From NCBI GenBank assembly GCA_951406725.2, contig OX597816.1, positions 19,034,001 through 19,098,000 on the forward strand: 64,000 nucleotides of DNA. The letters are read 5' to 3'. The notes beneath the pieces were generated by a model. That model was not told the origin of the DNA. It worked only from the letters and a program-made list of their open reading frames with translations, and did no database searches. Below, in pieces: positions 24,589 through 39,769 of this stretch. The DNA is from Octopus vulgaris. Its lineage: Eukaryota. Position numbers and translations under genes: made by a program. Within the stretch, counting starts at the first letter, position 1; every line of letters begins with the position of its first letter.

Positions 24589-26330
24589 AATGTCTAGCCG
24601 ATAGATCATTAGATATTTATTTGCATCTGTCGTTCAGTCTCTCTCTGCGTATCTGTATTTACGTACGTATATATGTACACACACACACACACACATACAC
24701 ACATATGTATACACACACACACACATACGCACACACACACACAGACATATATATCCTTGATAATACGCGTGCATGTTATTCGTTTCGATTCTGAACTATC
24801 ACATTACAAAGGAACACTAATGATATTTACTTGAAAACAAAAGCACGTCTGGTACATCGATTGCAGTTACTGCGAATATTGAATACTACCGATTATTGAA
24901 CAATAACAACTGAGTGTTTGATTACTAAACCATGGTACAAATAAATTTTAGTTGCAGTCATCACTTTATTTTGTTAATCTTAGTATAACAATTTCTGATT
25001 TATTTCAGTGACAAATATATACATGCGTGATGAGTTTTCGGGGAGACGCGCCTGCTTTGCATAACAGGCCACCGAAAACTTAGTGGCCAGTACTTAATAT
25101 ACTATATAGCTTTATTATATTTTATTGATTTTCATATGAAATGTTGAATCAGTATATGTGAAGAGTTTAACGTCGCAAACACGCGTCCGGTATAATAGCA
25201 TCTACATTTATTGTACACACAGATATATTGCAGTACTTTTCAATGATTTATGAATAGAAAGATAGACATTGAGGGAGTGATCGTAGTGCGAAATGGAAGT
25301 GTTCTTTTCTTATATTACAATAAGCTGTCATTGCTACGGCTTCCTTTTTGTATATTTTTAGAATGTAAATATGTTTATTTCTAACTACAAGATCAATAAT
25401 GTTTATGCTATTCTTATATTTTCATCAATACACGCGGCTACAGTGCCCCTCATACATTTCAGAAATTATGACAATATAAGACATATATATTTAAGAAATC
25501 GTTCATGTTCCCGACGAATTTGACAATGCCTGTTATTTTTCTTGGGGCAATTAATATACACTAGAGTTCAACAATAATAATAATTTTCCCCGTATAGAAA
25601 TATCATTGTGTGGAATATTCAGTAATTTTCTATCCAAAATATGGCTGATTCATCCCTTATGCATGACTATTAACTTCGCCTCTTCTGTATGTATAAAAAG
25701 TCATTGTGATTATATTAGAAAGAGCTATTTCGAAATCACAAATATTATTGCTAGTGTGTTAGAATAGTTTAACGGTGCTTATTATTGTAGCATGTTAAAA
25801 CGTACTCTGCCTGTTTTGTTGCTATTAACAAAGTCGAGAAGATGTGGTTTCCCAACTTTAATTCCTTCATCAATTGGCTATTGCATTCTCCTCCATGTAT
25901 CAGGCATAAATAAATGCTAAATTTTCTATATCAAATAACAGCGGCGGCGAGAGTTTCTTATTCACTTCTTTTAATACATATAGTATGGAAGATCTTAGTA
26001 GATAATACTTCATAATTTATACTTAGAAAGACATGGACTACTCCCCCGGATGTACACACATGCATACATACATACACACAAACGCGCACACACATTCATA
26101 CACACACATACACACGTCTAATTCGTATTTATCTACTTGCACTCAGTCTATTCCTACACCTCATATATGATAATTCTAGAATGTGTAAAGGGTGACGTTT
26201 ACCTAATATATCTATTGTTTGTGGCTCTATATAAAAGTAATAGCGTTGTCTTATGACCTGATATGCAATGTTCTTATCTGTGGCCTGTACGGTATGTTGC
26301 AGCAAAATGTTATTCATTGTTTTTGTATTC

Positions 26331-26395
<65 letters not shown>

Positions 26396-26396
26396 C

Positions 26397-26429
<33 letters not shown>

Positions 26430-26726
26430 AGCGTGTGTGCATGCGTATATATTCATATATACATATAGACATGTGTGTGTGTTCAGGCGTGCGTGTGTGT
26501 ATGTGTTTCCGATACCTTAATGACGATTATGCACGAACACAGCTTACGAAACAGCTGTTAGCGAACGGAAATTCTTGATGTCGTTGCTCTAGTTTGGCTG
26601 CAGTCTAATGAAACAAGAACATGTATAATATACACTCACGAATACTTTCGCAGTAGTTGATCACTTTTACATGATATTCATTAGCATTATCCAATGCATG
26701 ATACATGCATACATATATACATGCAT

Positions 26727-26819
<93 letters not shown>

Positions 26820-27889
26820 TACATACTATGTTCCGTTGTATGTTTTTTGTAATATTCTCTGCAATATTTACAAATAATTGATTGATTGATTTACGTTTCG
26901 TATATCTAATCGCCCCAAATGTTTCGTGTTTAGCTATAACCTAAACAATGAACTAAGATATTCTGTCTTAGATGTTTCAGTTCGACTTTACTTATTATCG
27001 CTGCTTCTAACATTGCATTTATTCAAATATACTGACCATTGTTACATAAAGAGAGGACATCAATCAAATGGTTATTAACAATAGATACGCAATCTTATTA
27101 GATTTGTACACTTATATTCTAATAAATGTTAGAAATTACTTCTATCTATAGACTAAATATTTTCGAATATCGGAATATAGGAATATATTGCTCAATTATC
27201 CAACTAAACGTTTATTCTTGTAGTCTGGACAGGCTTAAAAGAATACAAAGAATTAACTCAGGAACAAAACACATACACATCATGAGGAATACAATGTGGA
27301 TACGAAGTCATGCATTTAACCCAGTGATATCAGTTTGAGATGAAAAGAACATTTTGTAATGGGCAGGTCAATGGTTAAGGAACGTTTAGCGATATCAAAA
27401 CGTTTATCATCGAATGGAATATACAACCGGTAATCTAACGTCGCTACATCTAAAATTTTTATCCTTTATGATGTTGCGAAGAGAATACGAAGCTAAGAAC
27501 TCTTGTGTTCTGCATGGATCACGCTTGATGCTGTTTATGAAATACTGTTAGAATACGGATAGTGCTACATGTGATTTTTCTCTATAGAAATTATTATAGA
27601 ATGGATGTGAACACAAATATAAGTGTGATAGTGGTTCTAACATTCATCCTTCACATGCATTGTGAATATACTGACAGAAAAATACAAGGGTAAGAATGAA
27701 ATTGTGTAAAATGCAGAGTTCAAAAATATAGTAATCATTATTTTATAGTAGGAAAGAATGTTCACAACGGGGTTTTATCCGCCACTTCTGCCGTTAAAAA
27801 TGGAACTTCCAATACAAGACAATAAAGGGAATACCTCTTTAAAAAATATTGCAATGGGTTAAATCTGTCATCTGATTAATATATTGGTT

Positions 27890-28065
27890 TCAAATTTTCG
27901 CAAAATGCCAGCAATTTCGGGGAAAAGGTTAAGTCGATTATATCAACCCTAATGCTTAGCTGGTACTTATTTTATCGACAGCGAAAGAACGAAATATAAA
28001 GACGACCTCGGCGGAAAACAGCATATAAAAATGGATGAAATGCCGCTAAGCATTTTGCCCGGCTA
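27890..28065 (-). mobile_element. Degenerate SINE family B
   Basis: GGTACTTATTTTATCGAC..GACCTCGGCGGAA..CATTTTGCCCGGC. Confidence 0.7.
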
Positions 28066-28474
28066 TTAATGGAAATAGACGCTATGAAAAACCGTTGATT
28101 AAAAAGCTTACTATAAATTTTAAGGAGGAAATTTATTGGCACTTTTTCATTAAAATATATTATATTGAAATATACACGAACACATATATGTCTCGAAGTG
28201 TAAAAATGATTAAATACCGTATTTGCTGCCTATTTTAAACAATAAACACCGATAGTTTAAAATTATACTGGGCTCTTCAGCATTTCATCGATATACAAGA
28301 TTAAGCCGGTGAGGTTCGGATGCTGACATCACTTTTAAGAGGTACCTGTATCCTCAATACATGCCCTCAACACACATACATGCTGGTGTATCTTACGTTG
28401 CGTATCTGCTCCATCAGAGTTGATTTCCATCAAAAAGCAACAAAGTGTATTTTCAGGTTTCAACACTGCAAAAT

Positions 28475-28666
28475 TTTGTTAGTGAACAGGTTGCGGTCTC
28501 AAAGAGACGAAAATATTTTGACAAATAAAATTTAAATGTTGAAGTGAATCTAACGGTTTTGTGTGTTTCTTAAATGGCTTAAAGACACCTTCCACGCTGC
28601 AATTGTTTTCGTTCCAGCGCACGATCTCAGATCAAGTCCCTCGCTATGCAAGTACATCTCCGTAAT
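28475..28666 (+). mobile_element. Older 3' stub of the intact PLE family, with variant hammerhead
   Basis: Reverse complement of 46646-46836 with more substitutions; TTTGTTA-GTGAACA..GAAA-ATA-TTT-TGACAAA at 28475-28525. Confidence 0.8.
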
Positions 28667-29312
28667 ATGATTTCAGTTCTCTGGTTTTTCAGATTTTATA
28701 TCTGAATCCTAGAGCCCCAGGTTACAAAGATGTGAAAATTTGAAAGAATTTGTAGAACCGATTCTAAATATTAGCACGAAATTAAAACAGACAATGTCCC
28801 GTAAACATATATCGTATTGATTCATTATTTCATCTTTGTGATTTATGAGTAAATTAATGATATTGGAGATAATAACAAGATATATTACATGTCGAAAAGA
28901 AACAGGAGTTAAAAAGATAAAGAAACTGAAGCAATTTGTACGAAAGTAAAGGTAATACTGACCAATTGGCTATGGTCATCGATAATGTCCTGAATGACAG
29001 AAGAAAATTGATGGTCAATCTATAAATCTGTCTATAATCTACTAAAATACTTAATAAATACGTAACGTATGTCTCAATTAGGCAAGGCAATAGCGACGAG
29101 TGATCAAAAGGCCTATAATTCTTTCACTTAAATCAGAAATGTAACCGGGCTTGGGCAATAAATGGTCGCACAGTATCTAAATTTATGTGTTATCATTGAT
29201 TGATTAATGCACTGCAATTTTGTGATGGAATCCGTAGACTGAATACTGACTATGTATGTATGTAAGTATGTATGTATGTATCTATGTATATATATGCATG
29301 TGTACATGTATG

Positions 29313-29347
<35 letters not shown>

Positions 29348-29940
29348 AACCAAAAACAGAATTCATAGTTTTATATACATATATATATATATATGCCATA
29401 CCCTGCTTACCCCTGTGGTGCATAAAGGAATATATGGTTCTACCGGATTAATTACCTTAGCAAATAAACTTGTAATAATGCAGGGATTATATCTGCTAAT
29501 TGCTCCTGCCACAAAAATATTTTATTGTACACACTATTTTGTGAGATATTGCACAACATATGGAAAAATAATTGTTCACATTTTATGCATATCAACACCC
29601 TATACATGCTTGCATAATGAAATATTCTATTTAATATATATATATTCCTGTGTAAACTTATCTATGATTAATATATGTATATTTAAGATGATCGAACCAG
29701 ACAGAAATAGGGTGTTTGGAGATTCTTCTAATATAATAACTTGCATTAACCTAATTTTAAGCATACTTAGATCTCAGCTGTTACAACGTTAATTGGGCCA
29801 ATGCTATCTATTTCACAAAAATATTTTAAAATGGGAATAGCGATACAAGTCTAATAAATATATCCATAAATTCTGTTCTTTTTGTTCGTTAGCACATCGA
29901 AAAGAAATTACTGGACGGCATTTTTCTGGCTCTATAGTAG

Positions 29941-30312
29941 GAGCACTCCGTCGGTTGCGACGATGAGGGTCCCAGCTGATACGATCAACGGAACAGCTTG
30001 CTCGTGATCAAGTGGCTAAGTACTCCACAGACACGTGTACCCTTAACGTAGTTCTCGAGGAGGTTCAGCGTGACACAGAGTGTGACAAGGCTGGCCCTTT
30101 GAAATACAGGTACAACAGAAACAGGAAGAAAGAGCGACAGAAAGTTGTGGTGAAAGAGTACAGCGGGGTTCACCACCACCCCCTGCCGGAACCTCGTGGA
30201 GCTTTAGGTGTTTTCGCTCAATAAACACTCACAATGCCCGGTCTGGGAATCGAAACCGCGATCCTCCGACCGCGAGTCCGCTGCCCTAACCACTGGGCCA
30301 TTGCACTTCCAC
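29941..30312 (-). mobile_element. tRNA-derived SINE family C with 12-bp TSD, nested in an old family-B copy
   Basis: Head has an A box TGGCCCAGTGG and a B box GGTTTCGATTCCC. TSD TCTGGCTCTATA at 29925-29936 and 30313-30324. Confidence 0.85.
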
Positions 30313-30561
30313 TCTGGCTCTATACGTTACAATACAACCAGGTTATGTTTGCCCTTCATCGTTTTGAGTTCAACGACATAAAGTAACTGTCAAGTACTGA
30401 GTTCAATATAAGTGGCTAACAGCTACCCCTATAATGTTCGCAATTGTGCCATAGTTTTAAGCAGATAATGTTATTTTTCTGTGATTATTCCAACGTGTTA
30501 TGAGGGGTGACAGTAAGTGTTCTCTTATCAACAAAATATTTCTTATGATTCTTGTACAGTT

Positions 30562-30962
30562 CAGGAGTGGCTGTGTGGTAAGTAGCTTGCTTACCAGCCA
30601 CGTGGTTCAGGATTCCGTCCCACTGCGTGGTACCTTGGGCAAGTGTCTTCTACTATAGCCTCGGGCCGACCAAATCCTTGTGAGTAGATTTGGTAGACGG
30701 AAACTGAAAGAAGCCCGTCGTATATATGTATATATGTGTGTACGTGTGTGTTTGTGTGTCTGTGTTTGTCCCCCTAGCATTGCATGACAACCGATGCTGG
30801 TGTATTTATGTCCCCGTCACTTAGCGGTTCGGCAAAAGAGACCGATAGAATAAGTTCTGGGCTTACACAGAATAAGTCGCGAGGTCGAGTGTTGCTCGAC
30901 TAAAGGCAGTGCTCCAGCATGGCCGCAGTCAAATGACTGAAACAAGTAAAAGAGTAAAAAAG
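30562..30962 (+). mobile_element. SINE family A
   Basis: Full head-core-microsatellite-tail structure, as in the other copies. Confidence 0.9.
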
Positions 30963-31511
30963 TACAGGATTTCTCTTCCAGCAGGTCGAAAATTCGAGTC
31001 TCAATTCCAATAGGTTTCAGTCTCTTAGGCAGCAGCTTGTGTATTTTGCAGCATTCTCGCTAAATCATGATATTCGTAACTTTTACACATTTTCGTTGTT
31101 TTCCACTCTGTTATACGTTTTCACGCAAAGTACATGACATAATGCTGTAAAGAAACGTTGTCCTCTGTAATCAGATCTGATTGATTTGCTTCAATAATAT
31201 CGTTTGTGCTTATGAGGATGTTCAACAAAATATCTTATTGTCTTTGACAGCCTCAGGTACGCGTCCAAATCTCTTCCCTACTATTTCGAAGCTTCATACT
31301 CGGTTAACATTCCAAGGCATTCCTTAGTATGTCATGCTTGAACTCATACTTTGTGCTCGTTTACTGTATTCTCTCAAGAGAGTTGATATTTGTCGATCTT
31401 TGTCTTTATCAAATTAGCACTATCGATTGTCATGAACGGTTACATGTGATCCGTCAATCGTCTCGGGTCTCTATCCGTCAGATATAACAATTATTATTAT
31501 TATTAATATTA

Positions 31512-31575
<64 letters not shown>

Positions 31576-31600
31576 TGTTGTTGTTGTTGTTGTTGTTGTT

Positions 31601-32085
31601 TTTTCCTTTTTCAAATTTTCTTCCACTTCTCGTCGAGTGTTTTCCGTACACCTAGGGCAGAGAAGCTCATTGTATGCATTCCCAGATTATACATGCAAAT
31701 TAAACGGTAAAATATGTATTTAAAGCCATCAATACATAAATTCATGAATAGATGTTGTTTTCTCAGCGATACTCCTCTTCCCAGTACATGAGCCGTTCCA
31801 GTTAACACGAGTTTTTGCACTTCTTGTAGGGATGGTAGGCCTGGTATCATTTTCAAATACGGTTCAATACCTTTTTTTTTATCATTCCTAGAGATCCTAC
31901 AATCACTGGTACTCTAGTCGCCTTGAGATGCCACGTTTGTTTTCAATTTCTGTTAACATATCTTAATATTTACTGATCTTATCAAATTCTTACGCCGCTA
32001 TATTGTGAGACCAAGGAATACTCATGTCAATCAATAAACACACCTTTTTTGTCTGATCTTTTATAATAATATCCGCTTTATTAGC

Positions 32086-32088
<3 letters not shown>
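31601..32088 (-). mobile_element. 5'-truncated R4/Dong-like LINE 3' end in a (TTA)n tract
   Basis: ANKADIIIKDQTKKVCLLIDMSIP and MIPGLPSLQEVQKLVLTGTAHVL match the 60.4-kb ORF; homologous 3' UTR; (TTA)n on both sides. Confidence 0.85.
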
Positions 32089-32154
<66 letters not shown>

Positions 32155-32214
32155 CATCATAATCATTATTATTATTGTTATTGTTATTGTTATTATTATT
32201 GTTATTAATATTAT

Positions 32215-32715
32215 CATTGTATGCGAGAGCAGTGCATGCCATCACAGTGGCACTAGAGTAAAATATATGAAGCCTAATTTCCCCATCATGACTACCCGTC
32301 TGCTGTGGGTACAGCAGGCACATGTATCCCGACCATATCTGTATGGTATAGTGGTCTCATATGAAGATAAATAGCGCATGACCTTCCAGGTGGGGCCCAG
32401 TCAGAATTTTCTTCAGGTCTAGTAGCCCATCCCGCTCCAATAGTCCCTGAATAAGGGTTGTTTAAAGAGGTTGAACAAACACCCTTGTTTCAAAAGGTGA
32501 ATTATCCAAACACCAAAGAATCCCTCTCAACAAATGGCTATGATACTCCCCCATTACCTCTTCTCATGATCAGAGATGAATATTTCGTCAGCCACTAAGG
32601 GACATGCTCAACTGGTTAAGGTCAAGCAACTCATAAGCAAATCAGAGATATTGGGCATAATATTTGCCGTACCCCATCTTTTATACCAAGAGAAAATAAT
32701 GTACATGATAACATT
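32215..32715 (-). mobile_element. ~0.5-kb non-coding interspersed element with (AAT)n tail
   Basis: Reverse-complement homolog of 59830-60322. Confidence 0.75.
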
Positions 32716-32970
32716 AATACTACACATCTGTGCATCCTTTATTTGTCAATTAGTTTCCTAGAATTAGTTCGGTTTTACCAGATATTTAATACTGATACTA
32801 TCTGACGAAATAATTAATTGCTCTGCCATATTTACTGATTTTCATTCTCTTGCTTTTCTTCATTCCACTGTACTTGAACTAGAGCTAAAATCGTCTTTCC
32901 CATAGCATAAGCACAAGATTATGCCGCTAATGTATAAATCTTATTATCAACCATGAAAATCGAAAAGCAT

Positions 32971-33335
32971 AGGCGCAGGAGTGGCTGTGTGGTAAGTAGC
33001 ATATTTACCAACCACATGGTTCCGGGTACTATAGCATTGGCACGACCAAAGCCTTGTGAGTGGACGTGTGAGACGGAAACAGAAAGAAGCCCGTCGTATA
33101 TATGTATATATGTACGTATGAGTGTGTGTGTCTGTGTGTCTGTGTTTGTCCCGCCAACATCGCTTGACAACTGATGCCGCTGTGATTGCGTCCCCGGAAA
33201 ATAGCGGTTCGGCAAAAGTGACCGATGGAATAAGTAGTAGGCTTACAAAGAATAAGTCCTGGAGTCGATTTTCTCGACTAAAGGCGGTGCTCCAGCATGG
33301 CCACAGTCAAATAGCTGAAAAAAGGTTAAAACGAG
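32971..33335 (+). mobile_element. SINE family A (internal deletion)
   Basis: GGCGCAGGAGTGGCTGTGTGGTAAG head; tail CCAGCATGGCCACAGTCAAA. Confidence 0.85.
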
Positions 33336-34779
33336 TAACCACCTAACCTTCATTTCATAACAATGCCTCTACTAGGTACTTATTTATCAGTACTCCTGTA
33401 ATTTCTTTACTCCCACAAAACAAGTTCATGCAATAATTGCTAACGTTTTCCCACACTGAGAATTTATAACAGATTTTCTAGTTGATATTTGAAAATCGAA
33501 AACGACATGATATCCCACAGCCAGGTTATCAATTACTTGAAAGGGATCCCACTAATGACGCTTTCTTCATTATTTGTAAGTTATCCTCACCGTTGTAGCA
33601 TAATGTAACCGAACATTGTATTGGTTTTTGCTTCCAAGACCATCGGCTTTGTTTATGGTTTAACATTCATTGGTTGTTCACCTCAGTGGAGCAACCTGTC
33701 AAATCGTCATGCCATGCTGCCTAGCAAATCTACGCCTGGAGAATTACTAAAAAGCGAATATTTTGTTTCGTGAAAATATAATGAAAAAATAGGATTCCCT
33801 CGTACGGATGGCACAGCAGCGTCATCAAAAGATAAATTTCTTTCAACATCCATTTCGTGTCAGGTATGCTTTTTATAAAAGGTAGGTTGAGATTATCAAG
33901 AGATTTAACTCATTTTTGCATTAAGATCATCGATTATATAAGGGCAAATTCTTTTAATTGTACCTGCCCATAATTTTGCTACTCTACCTATGCTTAGCTA
34001 ACCCTTGTCAAATTTACAGATAATGATAATAATAAATGCTGCAGAAAAAAAGAAATATATCCTTTCTTCCACTGGCATGTACAGTTATAGACCATTCTGC
34101 TGCCATATTTGTACGATGGTTTAATGAAATTAAATCGGATATTCTGACACGATTTCTTGACTGCCAAACTATATTAATTTAAGCATTCTCATTAATAATT
34201 CAGTGCATGATATTCATATTCATTCATTCCACACGTACTCAATATTATATAAATATATACAATTTCCATTTCTTTTCCCTTGATATCACTCTATTCACAT
34301 ATGTATTTATTTATGTATTTATGTATAATTTATATACATGGTTTATCGTGTTAAAGATGACCTATATACTTTGGTATGCGTGAATGTACTTCATTAAACT
34401 CTCTTCGATTGATATTTTAATGGTCCGGTCATCACCAAAAATAGAAATAACGTTCTTAAGAGAACATAATACGCATATCAAAACGGAATAAGAAATATTA
34501 TAAGAAAGAGAAGGATGGAATTATGACAGAATTTGATTCTGATTTACATAAAAAATTATGAATAAAACTGGAGGAATTTATATTAATTTGAACAGTAATA
34601 CGTTTCCTTAAATGCTGTGAATCTGTATGGGTACTTTTGTACAAAAATGTATTTAAGTAAACAATAGTGTACACACATACATGAACATAACTGTATATTA
34701 ATGTTAGACTCTCTAACCTTTAAACAGGTAACGCATATGTGTGAGTATATATAATGTACATACATATATATATATACAT

Positions 34780-35175
34780 AGGTGCAGGAGTGGCTGTGTG
34801 GTAAGTACCTTGTTTACCAACCACATGATTCCGGGTTCGGTCCCACGGCGTGGCACCTTGGGCACGTGTTTTCTACTATAGCCTCGGGCCAACCAAAGCC
34901 TTGTGAGTGGATTTGGTAGACGGAAACTGAAAGAAGCCCGTCGTATAAATGTATATATATATATGTATGTTCGTGTATGTTTGTGTGTCTGTGATTGTCC
35001 CCCTAGCATTGCTTGACAACCGATGCTTTATGTCCCCGTCACCTAGCGGCTCGGCAAAAGAGACCGATAGAATAAGTACTGGGCTAACAAACAATAAGTC
35101 CCAGGGTCGATTTGCTCGATTAAAGGCGGTGCTCCTGCATGGCCGCAGTCAAAATGACTGAAACAAGTAAATACA
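34780..35175 (+). mobile_element. SINE family A
   Basis: Full-length copy. Confidence 0.9.
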
Positions 35176-36029
35176 ATTTAAAAAAAGAGTATATAGGTGT
35201 GTGTGTGTGTGTGCTAGTATGTGTGTGTATAGGGCCTTATGTAGATAGTATCCAACGACCCAGTGAAAACCAGATGAATATGAGTCCGCGAAAAGTGGAT
35301 GCATGGATGTACACAAATATGGAAGAGAATGATTTTAATAACGTGTTTCACAGCTTACAAATAAAGTGAGGAGATTCCCCATATGAAACTTCTTGTTTTC
35401 AAAGCGATCTCAATTAAATTGTATATATAGTGTAAAAATAAATTGCTAATATCGCCTTTCTTATGAAACCTAGAGTGTAATCGCATATGGAAATAATTAC
35501 ATCAACATCTGTTCGAAGGGGAGATATATATACGTCCAAACGGCAAGCTCAAATAAAAGCCCTGCAAGATATCTAAACGATTGTCACTGAATCGTTGTTG
35601 GAAATGCTAGAAACATTATAATTTTCTTAAATAAAATATGCTATTGACTTGATAAATGAGAACATGCTTAACAGATATTAATCAATGTTATTGGAAAAAG
35701 TACACGGATATGTGTGAAACGCATGACGTAGGCAGTCCGCTCGAAGAAGCGTAAATTTGAACCAAGCTGCAAATATTAAGAAATACTATAAACGTTAATG
35801 TGATCGGAGAAACAACGCAGTCTACGCCTACAAATATCGCAACAACGGTGAACTTTACCTGTGTAAACGAAGGAAGATGAAGAAGTGTGCATACATGCAT
35901 TCTTGGTGGTTCGGCAACAGGAAGACAGACTAATTTCTAAGCTTTAAACTATAAATACTGAAGCAGAATCATTCGGCTATAATCGTGCAAAGCTTTGGTC
36001 TAACGACTGGTATAAATAAAATATAAAAG

Positions 36030-36067
<38 letters not shown>

Positions 36068-36130
36068 TTGTGTGTGTATGAGAATACCTCTCTCTCTTTC
36101 TCTCTCTCTCTCTCCGTATATATATATATA

Positions 36131-36280
36131 CCAGAGTAAGCACATAAATGCTAAACAAGGTGGAAAAATGAGTCCTCAAATACCAGAGGTAGAGTAAAAT
36201 GTTTTATTTAAATGCAGCAGAAATATAACAAAAACTGTTACTCAGAGTTTCACGTTCCCGTCGTCGGACGGTTTTGTTAA
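36131..36280 (-). mobile_element. PLE-type 3' stub with hammerhead motif, next to (TA)n
   Basis: Minus strand AAAACCGT-CCGACGA-CGGGAACGT-GAAAC-TCTGA-GTA-ACAGTTTT (36275-36231); homolog of 3060-3205. Confidence 0.65.
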
Positions 36281-36357
36281 ATTAGAACAGGAATAACGAT
36301 ATGATCATAACTAGTTAAAGAATTATATATATATAAATATATATATACATACATACA

Positions 36358-36397
<40 letters not shown>

Positions 36398-37444
36398 CAT
36401 ACACCTCTACACACACACATACACACACACATATAATGCCTTATCTTGACAACGTACAGACGGAGAGCGCTTATGTTGATGGGCTGTCTGCAATATCTAA
36501 TATCATATCCAAAGACAATTTTCTATAAATCGTATGGGCAATAATGCGATGGCTGTGTGGCGCTGTGCATTAGTAATGTTGCCCCAGAGTGTACAAATAC
36601 AATTAATATGAGCTGAGTTGTATCGTATTTCATTCTATTCACAATTTCACTGTTTATTTTAAGAGGAACGGATATCGATCATCAGCAATTTTCTTTGTGA
36701 ACATTACAACCCGTTGATTAAGAAAAAGACATTTCTAAGGATACCAAATATAGAGATAGACGTAGAACGTGAGATGAAAAGTTTCGCTGAGAAAGGAGAA
36801 GCCTCCATGTTAAATTCGTGCCTTCTGTTTCAATTTTAATTGTTCTATTTCAAAAGTAATTTATTTCTAAGAAATCTGGACCTTATAAGAAGTGACAATG
36901 ATCGCTGTACTGTTAATGACCGAATGCACCCTGCAATTAATGATTCAATACCCGTTAGTTATATATTTCATTACCGTGTAATGTATTGTAATTTCAGAAT
37001 GTACAAGAAAACCGAGTAAGGTAATATGAGGTTCGTTTTAATTTCAACTCCGCTGTTTCAGGAACAATAATTAGATTCTAATTTGAAACATGCGGGGTAT
37101 CCAACAGAGGAACACATCCGCATTTTAGTGCAAAATACTTCATTATTAGAAATATTCAATTACTTTCACATCCTGCACTTGTTTGCAGTCAAGTAAATGT
37201 CGGTGTTATTCATATAGAGAATAATTTAAGGTCATGTGTGATGGATTTAATTAAATGGTTAGGAATTCTGATATGAGCACACGCAATGTTGAGACATTTT
37301 TCAAATAAAGTAAAAGACTACACTCGAGAAAAGGAATAGATTGAGTGCCAAAATAAACGAAAATTTGGAAAATAATACAAAGAATGCGCGCCCCATTTTA
37401 CATATGTGGGCGAGTGATTGTGTGTTCCTGGGTTCTGAGTGTCT

Positions 37445-38047
37445 TAGGCAGAAAATTTGGGGTATTGTGTCAGGCGATTAGATCGACACCAGTATGGAGC
37501 TGATAATTAATTTATCGACCCCGAAAGGATTCCAAGGCAAAGTCGACCTAGGCGGAATTTGAACTGACAAAACTAAAGATAGACGAAATACCGCTATGCA
37601 TTACCCCCGGCATGCAAAATGATTCTACCACCTCATCGCCTTAAAATCTTTTCTACTCTAGGGACAAGGTCCGAAATATTTGGGGAGGGGACCTGTTGAT
37701 TAGATCGACACCAGTAAACAAATGGTACTTAATTTATAGATCCCGAAATGAAAAAGAAGTTAAAGTCGACCTTGGCGGAATTTGCACTCAGAACATAAAG
37801 ACAGACGAAATACCTATTTGTTTACCACCCACAAGTGGCAAAACATAGAGAGAACAAACAATACAGACACACAGATTAAGTCGATTATATCTTCACCAGT
37901 GCGTAACTGGTACTTATTTAATCGACCCCGAAAGGATGAAGGGCAAAGTCGACCTCGGCGGAATTTGAGCTCAGTACGTGGCGACAGAAGAAAGACCACT
38001 AATCATTTTGCCCGGCGTGCTAACGTGTCTGCCAGTTCGCCGCCTTT
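37445..38047 (-). mobile_element. Cluster of SINE family B copies (monomer plus dimer)
   Basis: Three core motifs; dimer junction AGACGAAATACCTATTT at ~37803-37819. Confidence 0.85.
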
Positions 38048-38119
38048 CGTTTATATAGTGCATTTATCTCATTGGGAAAGCGTTTGTCAGATCCGCTGAT
38101 TATGTAAATAATTCAGTAT

Positions 38120-38560
38120 CACATAAATATTAAAAATCGATATCCTAATATATTAATAATCAATTTGATAAGAATTAAAGTTATTCGGAAGTTATTAACA
38201 GTAAACGAATAAAGACAAATTTTTGTCTTACCTTTAACTTAGCCTTACCCATTTGATAAAAATACTAATTTAAAAAAAAATTTAAATAGAAATAATAAAA
38301 ACAATATCAATAACAACAATGATAATAATAAAAGTATCAACTATTGCAACCACCCCAATCCTAGTAATGATAATACCAATTTTAATAACACTCTAGATCA
38401 CAATACTCCTCGTATTAATAGTTCACCTTTAAATACTAATACAGTTGTAAATAACTCTCTCCCACAGTACAACCTATGTGACTGCAGAAATAAAAATAAT
38501 TGCTTACTTAATATGGCATGTAAAAGAAAAATATAATATACCACTGCACTCTCACAACAC
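38120..38560 (+). pseudogene. Decayed PLE linker fragment (same type as 22.9-23.3 kb)
   Basis: YSEVINSKRIK.., an Asn-rich stretch, then [16 protein letters not shown], the Cys motif that precedes GIY-YIG. Confidence 0.45.
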
Positions 38561-38684
38561 AGTATAGTAAACAAACACACACACACATATATACATATAT
38601 GCATGTATATGTATATATACATACCTATATGTATATATATATGTATATATATATATATACATATATTTCTATATTTATATATGT

Positions 38685-38717
<33 letters not shown>

Positions 38718-38718
38718 T

Positions 38719-38849
<131 letters not shown>

Positions 38850-38861
38850 TATATGTATATG

Positions 38862-38893
<32 letters not shown>

Positions 38894-39769
38894 TGTATGT
38901 ATATATATGCATACGTATGTATATGTATGTGTATATTATTTGTGTATGTATGAGCATATTTTAGTGGCATTTTGCATCTGTATACATATTTTTGCAAGTC
39001 TATCAATTTATACTTATTACATAAATATGGTTGGCCGAGTGATTAATTGATTGTTTAGTCAATAGATTGTTTGATTAATTTAATTAGTTCACTGATTGGG
39101 AGGGGATACTGATTATTGAAGGGATTGATTGGTGTCTGCATAAATTTCCAACTTGGTATAGCGTTCATATCACGTGTTAATCCATTAATTATCTCCTCTT
39201 AACTATCAATACTTCTAAATGTTCGACTGAAATTTATTTATTGTTATTCTATATATTTTATTTGTGTTTTTATTGACCTAAATAGATCTAGGACCCTCTT
39301 CCCCTTAAGCATATACATTCCTAAATGTCCAACTGGAATATTTTCTACTTTATTATTATTATTTTATTTGTCTTATTTTATTTTATTCATATTTTAAATT
39401 TTTATATATCATTTTTATATTGATTTCAACGGCATCGGGCCCCTTATAGCACATATTATTAATTTAATTTGCCCCGGAGAACAGTTTATTTATAACCAGT
39501 CACATGTTTCTAAATACCAACTGACGAAATATATCTGGCGGTAGCCCTTGGTCTAGCTATGTTGGAGAGTAGGTGGAGTGACTGAAATACCTACTAGTAC
39601 ATATTATGACAAATACTATTACTTAGTACTATAATCATAATTACTATGACTAACATTGTATTGTATTTTTGCTCCTCCTTTGACCTATCCAATTTGCGTA
39701 AATTGCTTTTACTGTTCAAACCTATGCCCCCTTCCGTACATATGAATATTCCACCAAATACCGAGTCAT

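Noticed and set aside
25028-25082. Hairpin GAGTTTTCGG..CCGAAAACTT preceded by TGAT
   Set aside because: No GAAA or cleavage arm after the stem; an isolated hairpin of unknown meaning.
30240-30312. tRNA gene
   Set aside because: It is the tRNA-derived head of a SINE, with body and TSD; no complete cloverleaf verified.
36999-37016. Possible micro-exon TTTCAG|AATGTACAAGAAAACCGA|GTAAG
   Set aside because: Splice-like signals alone are common, and no partner exons or homology are visible.
39515-39600. CTGACGA..GAAA hammerhead candidate (similar weak ones at ~6310-6345 and ~52340)
   Set aside because: Too decayed to distinguish from chance.
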